Source: Candidatus Omnitrophus magneticus (lineage in GTDB: Bacteria > Omnitrophota > Gorgyraeia > Tantalellales > Tantalellaceae). From it: a stretch of 64,000 nt of DNA. Under the pieces are notes generated by a model that saw only the letters and a program-made list of their open reading frames with translations, searched no databases and was not told the DNA's origin. The first letter of the stretch is position 1. Each line of letters opens with the position of its first letter. The position numbers and the translations under genes were made by a program. Positions 54,001-63,142 of the stretch are shown piece by piece. The stretch covers positions 20,424 to 84,423 of the forward strand of contig JYNY01000232.1 in assembly GCA_000954095.1 (NCBI GenBank). Direction: 5' to 3'.

Positions 54001-55203
54001 ATGTTAATACAAAAAAATAAAAAAATAAAAATTTTATTCAGATGGCTGAAATATAATCATTACACTATTTCCGCGATTATGGGACTCTTACTAGAACGAT
54101 TACCCTGTGAAAAATTTTCTATTAAAATAGTAGAAACATTAAAACAAATCTTCGAAGAAACCCACGATAATACCTCTATTTCAGTCCTAGCATATTCATT
54201 TTGTTCACCGGAATTTAAAAAAGTATCCTCAGAAATAAAAAACATAAAAAGTATATTTAAAAATAAAATTATTATTATATGCGGCGGGCCGCATTCCACG
54301 GCAATGCCGGAAGACATCATTAACTCTGGTGCTGATAACTGCTTTATAGGAGAATCAGAAGAATCATTAATTTCATTTCTAACAACACTCGCAGACGCTA
54401 ACATACCAAAAGAAAAAATTATTTTTCCTATACCTCTCAATAATTTTGACTCGTATCCTCCATTTGCCTATCAAATAAATTTTATTACTCCCATGGAAAT
54501 ACAAAGAGGATGCCTAAACTTTTGCGGGTTCTGCCAAACACCAAGGATATTCAGCGGAATAAAAGAAAGAAGCATAGAATATATCAAAAGATTCGCGGGA
54601 TATATAAAAAATAACAGCCGAAAAGAAATATCATTTATTATTTCAGACGCTCTATCGTATGGAATGGAAAACAAAAAAGTAAATTTAAAAAAAATAGAAG
54701 AATTATTTATCGCGTTAAAGGATGTGGGTCTAAAAATTAATTTTGGTTCGTTTCCATCAGAAATTTCACCTTTAACTTTAATTAAATGTCCTGAATCTGC
54801 CATACTAATAAAAAAACATGCGCAAAACACAAAAATATTATTGGGAGGGCAAAGTGGCAGTAACAATGTTTTAAAACTAATGAATCGTCCTCATTCCGCG
54901 GAAAACACTATTACATCTATCAAAATATTACAAGATGCGGGATTCATGCCTATTGTGGATATTCTTTTTGGATTTCCGGGAGAAACAAAAGAAGACAGAT
55001 TTGAAACATTAAATATGATAAAAATAATAACAAAAAATCACAGCGCTCGGGTAAATCTTCATTATTTTATTCCATTACCCGGAACGCCGTTCGCTAATAA
55101 AAAACCTGAAATATTAGAAGACGAATTAAAAGAAGAACTATTTTTAATAATAAAAAATGGATACGGACGGGGCGATATTTTTAAACAGATAACATTTAGC
55201 TGA
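54001..55203 (+). CDS. Radical SAM protein with N-terminal B12-binding-like domain
   Basis: 400 aa. CLNFCGFC (CxxxCxxC) follows a Rossmann-like IIICGGPHSTAMPEDII...GESEES region. Confidence 0.8.
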   Translation: MLIQKNKKIKILFRWLKYNHYTISAIMGLLLERLPCEKFSIKIVETLKQIFEETHDNTSISVLAYSFCSPEFKKVSSEIKNIKSIFKNKIIIICGGPHSTAMPEDIINSGADNCFIGESEESLISFLTTLADANIPKEKIIFPIPLNNFDSYPPFAYQINFITPMEIQRGCLNFCGFCQTPRIFSGIKERSIEYIKRFAGYIKNNSRKEISFIISDALSYGMENKKVNLKKIEELFIALKDVGLKINFGSFPSEISPLTLIKCPESAILIKKHAQNTKILLGGQSGSNNVLKLMNRPHSAENTITSIKILQDAGFMPIVDILFGFPGETKEDRFETLNMIKIITKNHSARVNLHYFIPLPGTPFANKKPEILEDELKEELFLIIKNGYGRGDIFKQITFS

Positions 55204-55266
55204 CAAACCTTAAAACATAAATCTTCACAGCTTCTTAAGTCTTTAATTACCTTAAAAGACCTAAAA

Positions 55267-55761
55267 TCAATTAATCAAACCCTTATCTATCTTGTCCTTT
55301 ATTTCAAACATGCGCCGTATGTGGTTGACTTCCCCATCAAGAAGAGTATCTATCACAGAACTGTCTTTAGACGCAAGATGCCGTTTTAAATCATGCAAAA
55401 ATAACATAAAATCTTTTTCAAAATTAATACCCGCCTTAAGGGCATCTTCTTCATTTATTGTATTTTCAAGCCGTTTTTTAAGAACAGCGTCACAATTAAA
55501 GGTATTCTGGTCAGCTAAAGATTTTAAAAACATTAACCTTTCTCCGGGATACGCTTCCTCTTGTTTTTTAAAAATTTCATTATTACGCCACTTAGTAAGT
55601 TCCATTTTGTCATGTTGCTCATCTTTAGCTAATTCCATGAAAAGTTTACCGACATGATAATTTGAACAATTATGCGCGAGGGATAAATACAAATCTATAC
55701 CTTTAGCCTTTGCCTGAATAGCCATTTCTAAAATATCTTTCGCGGTATATTTCTCGTTCAT
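55267..55761 (-). CDS. Ferritin-like / rubrerythrin-domain protein
   Basis: ATG at 55759-55761 has AGGAGG upstream (MNEKYTAKDILEMAIQAKAKGIDLY...). A four-helix-bundle-like sequence with E..H-type pairs. The longer track ORF was rejected. Confidence 0.6.
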   Translation of the reverse strand: MNEKYTAKDILEMAIQAKAKGIDLYLSLAHNCSNYHVGKLFMELAKDEQHDKMELTKWRNNEIFKKQEEAYPGERLMFLKSLADQNTFNCDAVLKKRLENTINEEDALKAGINFEKDFMLFLHDLKRHLASKDSSVIDTLLDGEVNHIRRMFEIKDKIDKGLIN

Positions 55762-55938
55762 CTTAAAACCTCCTGAAAATAAAACCTGAAATCCATATAG
55801 ACTTCTTGATTTCAAAAATATTTCAGAAAAATATTAACATATTAAAAAGGCTTTTGCAATGAATAGTGAGGAGAAAATTATTTTTATCTATTTGTAAAAT
55901 AATAGCGGATTTAAAAAATATTTTTTTTAAAACAGAAG

Positions 55939-56256
55939 TTAATCGATATTTATCTCATCATCAAAAAGGCCTTCAAACCTTGTTTGTATTGTTTTTCTTG
56001 TTTCGAAAAATAAATCGTCATGAATATCCTTTATTGATTTTGAATCAAATGCGTCTGAATGCCTTGCAAGATTTTCAAAAATAGAAGTTATTTTATCAAA
56101 ATTCGGGACAGTAAAATTATCAATTTTAAGGGCATTAAGTATGCTTAGGCACATCATAGCGCGCATAACCTCTCCCTTGCTGAGATTAGAAAGCCTAGAA
56201 GTCTTTTCTATATACGTATCAAGCCATTTAGGTATTAAAAGCTGCGTTCTAAGCAT
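55939..56256 (-). CDS. Hypothetical small protein, possible ribbon-helix-helix N-terminus
   Basis: 105 aa with AAGGAG 8 nt upstream of the ATG. LLIPKWLDTYIEKTSRLSNLSKGEVMRAMM resembles a beta-strand/helix/helix CopG-like layout. Confidence 0.5.
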   Translation of the reverse strand: MLRTQLLIPKWLDTYIEKTSRLSNLSKGEVMRAMMCLSILNALKIDNFTVPNFDKITSIFENLARHSDAFDSKSIKDIHDDLFFETRKTIQTRFEGLFDDEINID

Positions 56257-56419
56257 AACAAACTCCTTATTAAGTGTTATAAAAATCCTTATATTATCTT
56301 CTCAAATTTATTTTGAAAGAAAAAATATTTTTTTCGTGTCTATATAAATATAGGCAATAAAATCAGCATCGTCAAATTTTAGGAATATTTTTTTCTGAAG
56401 TAATATAATTTTTATAAAA

Positions 56420-57121
56420 ATGAGCCGCGAAATCACAAAAAATAATTGTATAGCCGACTGGCCGATAAATGAACAGCCCAGAGAAAAAATTTTACAATCC
56501 GGCGGAGAAATACTTACTGACGCCGAATTATTAGCTATTATCTTGGGAACAGGTATTAAAGGAAAAAACGCGGTAGACTTAAGCCGTGATATTATAAAAA
56601 ATTTTAGCACTTTTAGAAACATCGGTATGGCGAATTTTGAAAAAATAAAAAATTTCGCGGGGTTAGGCCCGGCAAAAATAGCCCGAATAAAAGCTGTAAT
56701 TGAAATAGCAAAAAGATTTCAGGAGGAAAATATAATTAAACGGGGAGAAAAAATACAATCCGCGAAAACTGTTGTTACCGCCCTTAATTCTAGAATGCGC
56801 GACATGCCGAAGGAAGTTTTTAAAATTATAATTTTAGACGCCGGAAACAAAATAATAAAAATAAAAGACTTAACAACAGGCACAGTAAATAGAGCAATTC
56901 CCATAATACGCGAAATATTTCATTCCGCGATAGAATCACATGGTGTATCTATTATTTGCGTGCATAATCATCCATCAGGAAATACTCAACCCAGCGAAGA
57001 AGATAAAATATTTACTAAAGATTTATCAGACTCCGGCAAATTAATGGAAATACCTGTCCTAGACCACATTATTATAGGAAATAACGGATACTACAGTTTT
57101 GCGGAACAAGGAACATTATAA
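56420..57121 (+). CDS. radC: RadC-family JAB/MPN-domain protein
   Basis: 233 aa with HhH region LSDAELLAIILGTG-like (TDAELLAIILGTGIKG) and JAMM motif ICVHNHPSGNTQPSEEDKIFT. Confidence 0.9.
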   Translation: MSREITKNNCIADWPINEQPREKILQSGGEILTDAELLAIILGTGIKGKNAVDLSRDIIKNFSTFRNIGMANFEKIKNFAGLGPAKIARIKAVIEIAKRFQEENIIKRGEKIQSAKTVVTALNSRMRDMPKEVFKIIILDAGNKIIKIKDLTTGTVNRAIPIIREIFHSAIESHGVSIICVHNHPSGNTQPSEEDKIFTKDLSDSGKLMEIPVLDHIIIGNNGYYSFAEQGTL

Positions 57122-57304
57122 CCTTTACACAAAAAAATAATTAACCCGTAAATAATATTTATACCAAACAATAATATTTCACAAAAAACTTTCTTGCCGT
57201 TTTAAGGAAATAATGTATAATAAACCCGCTCATTTAGTTAATACATTATTGGTTGCATAAAATGCTACACTTCTTTTTCGCATGATACTGACAAAACTTT
57301 TGGT

Positions 57305-57380
<76 letters not shown>

Positions 57381-57586
57381 CTTTTAAAAATAGCACACCA
57401 TTCCTATTCCCCACATTCTTCCTTAATTACTTCTCAAAAATTTAACCCAAAAAATTATAAAAATTTTCATACAAAATTTGCTTTGTAAAATTAAGATTGT
57501 ATACTTATTTATTATTTTTCTTCTTGTAAATTACCGCTAAAACTCGGCCTGTTTTTTTATGAAATTTTTATATGGGAGGTTGCTGC

Positions 57587-59080
57587 ATGTTCAGCGATGA
57601 ATACATCACTAGTAAAAAAATTCTTTTTGTATCAAGTGAAGTTTTTCCGTTTGTTAAAAGCGGCGGTTTAGCAGATGTTTCATGCGCTTTGCCGAAAGCA
57701 CTCAAAAAATTGGGGCATGATGTCCGCGTAGTCCTTCCTAGATATTGGAGTATAGATAAATATCAATATAATCTTAAACCAGTTATAGCACCTATGGGTG
57801 TTCAAATGGGTAACTGCCTTGTATGGTGCGCTGTTTTCGAAAGCAAAATTGATGATATCCCTGTTTATTTCATAGAACATGAACAATTTTTCGGCAGATC
57901 CGGCATTTACGATGACGGTAAAAAAGCCTATTACGATAACGCGGAACGATACGGTTTTTTATGTAAAGCGGCACTTCAATTATGCCGTGATATAAATTTC
58001 AAACCCGATATCGCTCATTCAAATGACTGGCAAACCGCGCTTTTAGCGCCGTATCTAAAAACATGGCATGCGTATGATTCATTTTTTAGAAATACTGCCT
58101 CTGTATTTTCTATCCATAATATCGCCTATCAAGGAATTTTCCATCCAAATTCATTACGCTTTTTAGGAATTGGGAATGAACATTTTACAGAATCAAAATT
58201 TGAAAATTTTGGTTATATAAATTTCATGAAAGGCGCGCTTTTTTTCGCGGACGCCATCAGCACTGTAAGCCCTTCATATGCCCGTGAAATTTTGGCAGAA
58301 CCGGGAGGAAACGGACTCGGCCCGTATCTTAAAAGAAGACATGAAGATTTACACGGAATTTTAAACGGAGTTGACTATGACTGCTGGAACCCAGAAACAG
58401 ATACTATTATCCCTGCTAAATATTCCTTGGACGACATGTCCGGTAAAGCTGAATGCAAAAAAGCCCTTCAACGCGAATTTTGGCTGAGAGAATCTCCCAA
58501 TGTGCCTATTTTTGGCATTGTCGCTCGTTTTACTCCACAAAAAGGATTACAACTTTTAGCACCAATAATAGAAAAATTAGTAACTGAGATGCTGGCACAA
58601 TTTGTTTTTCTCGGAAGCGGAGAAAAAAATTTAGAAGATTTCTTCGGCGGTCTTCCCGCAAAACATCCGGGAACAATAGGCGCGTGGATTGGATATAATA
58701 ACTACAAAGCACATCTTATCGAGTCCGGCGCTGACTTCTTTTTAATGCCTTCTCTTTATGAACCTTGCGGGCTTAATCAAATTTATAGCATGAAATACGG
58801 AACACTTCCTATAGTAAGAAAAACAGGCGGATTGAATGATACGGTATGGTCATACAATGAACAAACAGGTGAAGGCACAGGATTTTGTTTTGACGCGATA
58901 GACCCGTATGCTTTATATTACACTATCGGATGGGCTGTAAGCACCTATTATGATAGACCGGAACATATGCGAAATATGAAAAAACTCGCGATGTCCGCGA
59001 ATTTTTCATGGCAAACTAGCGCGGAACAATATTCCCGTCTTTATGAAAAAGCCATCAATAGACGCAACTCATGGTGGTAA
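57587..59080 (+). CDS. glgA: Glycogen/starch synthase (ADP-glucose type, GT5)
   Basis: ILFVSSEVFPFVKSGGLADV is the KxGGL motif. ATG at 57587 has GGGAGG 7 nt upstream and is preferred over the track start at 57572. Confidence 0.92.
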   Translation: MFSDEYITSKKILFVSSEVFPFVKSGGLADVSCALPKALKKLGHDVRVVLPRYWSIDKYQYNLKPVIAPMGVQMGNCLVWCAVFESKIDDIPVYFIEHEQFFGRSGIYDDGKKAYYDNAERYGFLCKAALQLCRDINFKPDIAHSNDWQTALLAPYLKTWHAYDSFFRNTASVFSIHNIAYQGIFHPNSLRFLGIGNEHFTESKFENFGYINFMKGALFFADAISTVSPSYAREILAEPGGNGLGPYLKRRHEDLHGILNGVDYDCWNPETDTIIPAKYSLDDMSGKAECKKALQREFWLRESPNVPIFGIVARFTPQKGLQLLAPIIEKLVTEMLAQFVFLGSGEKNLEDFFGGLPAKHPGTIGAWIGYNNYKAHLIESGADFFLMPSLYEPCGLNQIYSMKYGTLPIVRKTGGLNDTVWSYNEQTGEGTGFCFDAIDPYALYYTIGWAVSTYYDRPEHMRNMKKLAMSANFSWQTSAEQYSRLYEKAINRRNSWW

Positions 59081-59115
59081 TCGGTTCTTTCAAAAAAATT
59101 ATTTTTAAAAAAATG

Positions 59116-59144
59116 TTGCTTTTATAAAAATAATAGTGTATAAT
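59116..59144 (+). promoter_or_regulatory. Sigma-70-like promoter (TTGCTT-17 nt-TATAAT) about 283 nt upstream of the RRM-protein ATG
   Basis: -35 at 59116-59121 and -10 at 59139-59144. Sequence pattern only. Confidence 0.4.
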
Positions 59145-59426
59145 AATTGAATTACAAGAGATGTGTGTAATCTTGTTGTAAAAATGGTTAAAGTGATTCG
59201 GCTTAAGAAACCGATAGAGAAAGTGATAGAGCGAAAATATTTAGCTATCTTCCCAAAAGCAAGTCCAGCTAAAAGAATATTTATGTATACTGCCGATAAT
59301 AATATCCTTCTAAAAATATCCGTTCTAAAAAATCTCGTCATTTCCATAATTCGATTTGATTTTTCATATCTCAAAGTAAAGATGTAATGTTGTTATTTTT
59401 TTTATTTAAAACAGGAGGAAGAGAGA

Positions 59427-59771
59427 ATGGAAGGCAGTAAGTTGTATGTAGGAAATTTAAAATATTCAGTTACAAGCGCTGAACTGAATGAGTTGTTCGG
59501 AAAATACGGACAAGTAAAAGAAGCAGCGGTTATTAATGGCAGAGGTTTCGGTTTTGTGGAAATGTCAACACCTGAAGAAGCTGAAAAAGCTCAAACAGAT
59601 TTAAATGGCAAAGATTTCCAAGGCAGAGCCTTAGTTATTAATGAGGCCCGCCCACGTGAAAATAACGGCGGCGGAAACGGCGGTTCTAGACCTCCACGTA
59701 GACCATTCGGTGGCGGCGGTTCCAGAGGCGGATTTAGAGGCGGGAACAGAGAACAAAGAGATAGATTCTAA
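59427..59771 (+). CDS. RRM-type RNA-binding protein with Gly/Arg-rich tail
   Basis: 114 aa with RNP2 LYVGNL and RNP1 RGFGFVEM, and a C-terminal GGGNGGSRPPRRPFGGGGSRGGFRGG. AGGAGG ribosome-binding site. Confidence 0.93.
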   Translation: MEGSKLYVGNLKYSVTSAELNELFGKYGQVKEAAVINGRGFGFVEMSTPEEAEKAQTDLNGKDFQGRALVINEARPRENNGGGNGGSRPPRRPFGGGGSRGGFRGGNREQRDRF

Positions 59772-59800
59772 TTTCCTGAATAAAACATTTATTCAAAAAT

Positions 59801-59838
59801 AAGGCTGTTTTTTAAAATAAAAACAGCCTTATTTTTTT
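59801..59838 (+). terminator. Intrinsic terminator of the RRM-protein gene
   Basis: 12-bp stem AAGGCTGTTTTT (59801-59812) / AAAAACAGCCTT (59819-59830), followed by T7. Confidence 0.8.
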
Positions 59839-59965
59839 CAGTTTAACTAAAAAAACCAATCCGATCTTCATCCAATTCAATGTCCATTTTGTAAAGATAC
59901 CAAAAATATATCAATCAGCGTATAAAAATAGAGTTCTTGCGTAACTTGATTTAACAACTCAAAAT

Positions 59966-60126
59966 CAATCCTGTCCGATAAAACTATTTCACCAAAAAAC
60001 GAGTTGAAATTCCTTAATTTTAAAATCAGAAATTCTAGATGGTGTTGCACTTAACAGATCTATCAATGTCAACCTTGATAATAATGCTTCTTTTATTATT
60101 CTATGTAAATAAAATAACGATTTTTC
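59966..60126 (-). mobile_element. 161-bp terminal fragment of an IS4-family element (copy A), truncated
   Basis: About 96% identical to 63143-63303 (copy B). It contains the last ~45 codons of the transposase (EKSLFYLHRIIKEALLSRLTLIDLLSATPSRISDFKIKEFQLVFW). Identity stops abruptly at 60126. Confidence 0.8.
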
Positions 60127-60382
60127 GGGAGTGTATAATCTTTTGTGTAAATAGATAATGTAGTAAGGGAGGTGGTATGGGGCTTGCCCCATACCGGGCG
60201 GACTGGTAAAATGTCTGCTATGTTTTATTAACTTTTACACAGGAGGTTTTTTATGCAGATTTCTTTTAATATTGATGAAGAATTAAAAAAATGTAAAACC
60301 ATTGAGGAACTTACAGGAAAAAACGGACTTTTTAAAAGAATGCTTAAAGAAATAACAGAACAAATTCTTGACGCTGACCTCA
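60127..60382 (+). mobile_element. IS256-family element, left end and first ~43 transposase codons only
   Basis: The terminus is GGGAGTGTATAATCTTTTGTGTAAA. The ORF from ATG 60253 begins MQISFNIDEELKKCKTIEELTGKNGLFKRMLKEITEQILDADL, matching the G-K-[DN]-G-L-[LF]-K...L-E-A-E-[LM] N-terminal signature of Mutator/IS256 transposases. Similarity ends where the IS21 end begins. Confidence 0.6.
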
Positions 60383-60444
60383 AAGTCAATGAAAAATCCA
60401 TAGTCAAGGCGCAAGAAAATTCCATAGTGTAAATACAAAAAAAA

Positions 60445-61188
60445 CTAGTTAGAATCACCTCCCTTTTTTAAGGATTTAGCTCTATAGCTGTGACCTGATA
60501 TGTTGATAATAGTAGAGTAATGAACAATCCTGTCAAGAATAGCAGAAGCCAAATTATGGTCATCGAAAATATCAGTCCATTGTTCAAAAGTTTTATTTGT
60601 AGTAATAATTAAAGATCCTTTTTCATATCTACGAGAGATTATTTCAAAAAAATCATTAGCGCTATAGCTTGGTATTTTTTTAAAACCCAGTTCATCTAGG
60701 ACTAATAAGTCAGCAGATAAATAATATTCTAATTTTTTAAAATAAGTATTATCCGCCTTAGAAGCATTTAAGGTATATAACAATTCAGAACAAGAAGAAA
60801 ACAAAACTTTAAATCCTTTCATTAAGGCTTTAATAGAGATAGCAATCGCGAGATGCGTTTTGCCTGTTCCCGGTTTGCCGATAAAAACGATATTTCTTTT
60901 TTCACTAATAAATGAACAAGTAGAACAATCATTGATTAAACGTTTATCAATTGAGGGTTGGAAAGCAAAATCAAAATCTTCAATAGTTTTATAAGAAGAC
61001 AGTTTACTTTGAGAGAATCTCTTTTTATAACTATTATCTTTACGAGTATTATATTCATCCTCAACTAATAGTTCTAAGAACTCTAAATAACCCATACTTT
61101 TTTGTTTTGCTAAAGACAAGCGTTCTTCGAGAGAATTGCAGATTCCAGATAATTTAAAATCTTTTAATCTATTTTTAAGCGAATTCAT
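60445..61188 (-). CDS. istB: IS21-family helper ATPase IstB
   Basis: ATG at 61186-61188 (MNSLKNRLKDF...) overlaps the istA stop. Walker A GKPGTGKTHLA, Walker B LLVLDELG. The longer track ORF was rejected. Confidence 0.9.
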   Translation of the reverse strand: MNSLKNRLKDFKLSGICNSLEERLSLAKQKSMGYLEFLELLVEDEYNTRKDNSYKKRFSQSKLSSYKTIEDFDFAFQPSIDKRLINDCSTCSFISEKRNIVFIGKPGTGKTHLAIAISIKALMKGFKVLFSSCSELLYTLNASKADNTYFKKLEYYLSADLLVLDELGFKKIPSYSANDFFEIISRRYEKGSLIITTNKTFEQWTDIFDDHNLASAILDRIVHYSTIINISGHSYRAKSLKKGGDSN

Positions 61189-62578
61189 ATTCAAGCGCCT
61201 CCTCTTTTGCAAATTCGACAGGTAAAGAATAAGAGCCATTAGAGCAAATCTTTTTAATAATTTTGTAACTGTAAACTTGATAAGCAAGAGCTCTTTTACA
61301 AGCAGAATCAACGACACCGCCGGGATATGTATTTAATAAAGATATTATTCCTTGTACTTTCCTTGACCAAAGATTAGGCGAGTCTTTTAAAATAGCAAAA
61401 AACATTTGTTCAGCAAAAGGTCCGATATTGTGCATTTTAGCTTGATATTTTTCTTGATATTCTGTTTCGGAATAAAGTTTATATTTTGGATAATGACTGT
61501 TGCTTGTAGAGAAAAGACCTTTACCAGATATAGTTGGATGAGTAGCAATTAATTTATTTTCATAATAGATTTTGACAAAAGATTTAGTTTTTTCGATCTC
61601 AAGTATTTTACCTACATATTCAAAAGGAGCAGAATAATAATTGTAATCAATAAATACATGGCAATCATGGTAAAGTTTTCTTGTGCCGACTTTAGCGATT
61701 TCAAAATTATTTAGAGGAAGCGGCAATAATAAATGTTTTTCTTCGGCATGAAAAACTTCTTTAGGGATTTTCCGAGTAGTGCCGTGAACTCTGCGATTGC
61801 AAGTGTTTTCGAGCCAATATAAAATCTGACGGTCTAAATCATCACCATCTTTAAATTGCCGGCCTAATACAAAATTGTTTTTAAAATATTTTATCCCTGA
61901 TTCTACCTTACCTTTATCGTTGGGGCGATAAATTCTGCACGGAATGGATGTAAATCCATAATGCGCAGAAAAATCTTTATAAAGCTGTTGAAAGATGGGT
62001 TCATAAAAATTAGCTTCTAATATTGCTGCCTTTAAATTATCAATTCGAACAGTTTTAGGTATGCCACTAAAATATTTAAAAGCATTTTTATGACAATTTA
62101 TAAAAGTTTCAACTGTTTGATCGTAAGTTTTTTCATAATAATCTAATCTAGAATAACTCAGTTTCATGTTAAATACCCAAGTTTTACGACGTTTCCCGTT
62201 GATATCAGTAGTGAGGCCAATATACCCAAAATCAACTTGAGCTTCTTCTGCTGGTTCTGTATGAATGCGAACAAATATATTTTCTTTCCTTTTAATACCT
62301 GCTAAAAAGCGTTTAATAGCTGAATAAGATATTTTTACTTCAATTTCACGCAGTTTTTGATAAATCAAAATCCCGCTTAATCCTTGTTCCATCCACTCAA
62401 TAATTTGTTCTCGATAGGTATCGAGTTTTTGAGGATGAGGTTTTTTGATTGGAAAACTTTGATTAGATTTAATACGTTTAATTATCTTATCAACAGTTTT
62501 CCAATCATGTTTAACATCACGCGCTATTTGAGATTTGTTAAGACCTTTTTCAAGTAAAGATTTAATAGTAATATACAT
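61175..62578 (-). CDS. istA: IS21-family transposase IstA
   Basis: ATG at 62576-62578 has AGGAG upstream. N-terminal HTH (KSLLEKGLNKSQIARDV) and a DDE region (QVDFGY...RIDNLKAAI...KGKVE). Confidence 0.9.
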   Translation of the reverse strand: MYITIKSLLEKGLNKSQIARDVKHDWKTVDKIIKRIKSNQSFPIKKPHPQKLDTYREQIIEWMEQGLSGILIYQKLREIEVKISYSAIKRFLAGIKRKENIFVRIHTEPAEEAQVDFGYIGLTTDINGKRRKTWVFNMKLSYSRLDYYEKTYDQTVETFINCHKNAFKYFSGIPKTVRIDNLKAAILEANFYEPIFQQLYKDFSAHYGFTSIPCRIYRPNDKGKVESGIKYFKNNFVLGRQFKDGDDLDRQILYWLENTCNRRVHGTTRKIPKEVFHAEEKHLLLPLPLNNFEIAKVGTRKLYHDCHVFIDYNYYSAPFEYVGKILEIEKTKSFVKIYYENKLIATHPTISGKGLFSTSNSHYPKYKLYSETEYQEKYQAKMHNIGPFAEQMFFAILKDSPNLWSRKVQGIISLLNTYPGGVVDSACKRALAYQVYSYKIIKKICSNGSYSLPVEFAKEEALEYEFA

Positions 62579-62774
62579 GGCAACTCCTAACATATTAACC
62601 ACCCCCGTATATAGTTTAACTATAAATAGGGATGGAAGGTTAAAAAAATAAAAATTTTAGAAGGGGGATCCCCCTTCTACCTTCAAATAAACATCATAAT
62701 AAAGCAAATACTTTTATTGGTTTATCGCTATGGAATTTTCTTGCGCCTTGGGTATGGAATTTATTTTAGCCTTG

Positions 62775-63142
62775 AGGATCCTCTTTCTTTCAGAGAAGTT
62801 GTATTGTTGAGAGCTCCTGAATTATCAACTTTATGCGACACGATAAAAAACACGCCACTCAACACCGAAATTACAAACTACGAAAAATTTCATGGCCGTC
62901 TTACAGAATATTTACAAGAATACTTGTTACACGGAGGATACTTACCCGCTATCTCTGAATACCTTATAAAAAAAACTATTTCAAAAGCAATCTTCGATAT
63001 TTATATTCAGTGGATTATCGGAGACATTTTAAAACATAATAAAAACGAAAACTATTTATATGAAATATTTAAAGGAATAAACACTACTTACGGTTCACAG
63101 ATTTCTTGGAATAATATATCAAAACATCTATCAATAGAACAC
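62775..63142 (+). pseudogene. Internal fragment of an AAA_14/DUF4143-type ATPase gene, truncated on both sides by IS ends
   Basis: The reading frame gives EDPLSFREVV...YLLHGGYLPAI...IYIQWIIGDILKHNK.ENYLYEIFKGINTTYGSQISWNNISKHLSIEH, resembling the PLSF.EF / GG[FY]P / DUF4143 region. No N-terminal P-loop is present, and the frame runs into the IS4 terminus. Confidence 0.55.

Larger units (their letters stand above)
60383..62774 (-). mobile_element. Complete IS21-family insertion sequence (istA-istB), about 2.4 kb; tips approximate
   Basis: A perfect 23-bp inverted repeat (60405-60427 / 62728-62750) sits inside ~45-bp imperfect terminal repeats, each holding two [AT]TCCATA[GC] sub-repeats. The istA and istB genes overlap by 14 nt. 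Confidence 0.8.

Noticed and set aside
59105-59387. ORFs 59105-59374 (-) and 59163-59387 (+) in the leader of the RRM-protein gene
   Set aside because: No Shine-Dalgarno sequence and hydrophobic low-complexity translations. The region is better treated as a non-coding leader.
59989-60192. 67-aa minus-strand ORF
   Set aside because: It is the C-terminal remnant of the IS4 transposase fused to sequence from the IS256-like end, so it is not an independent gene. The 76-aa ORF at 60228-60458 (-) is antisense to the IS256-like stub.
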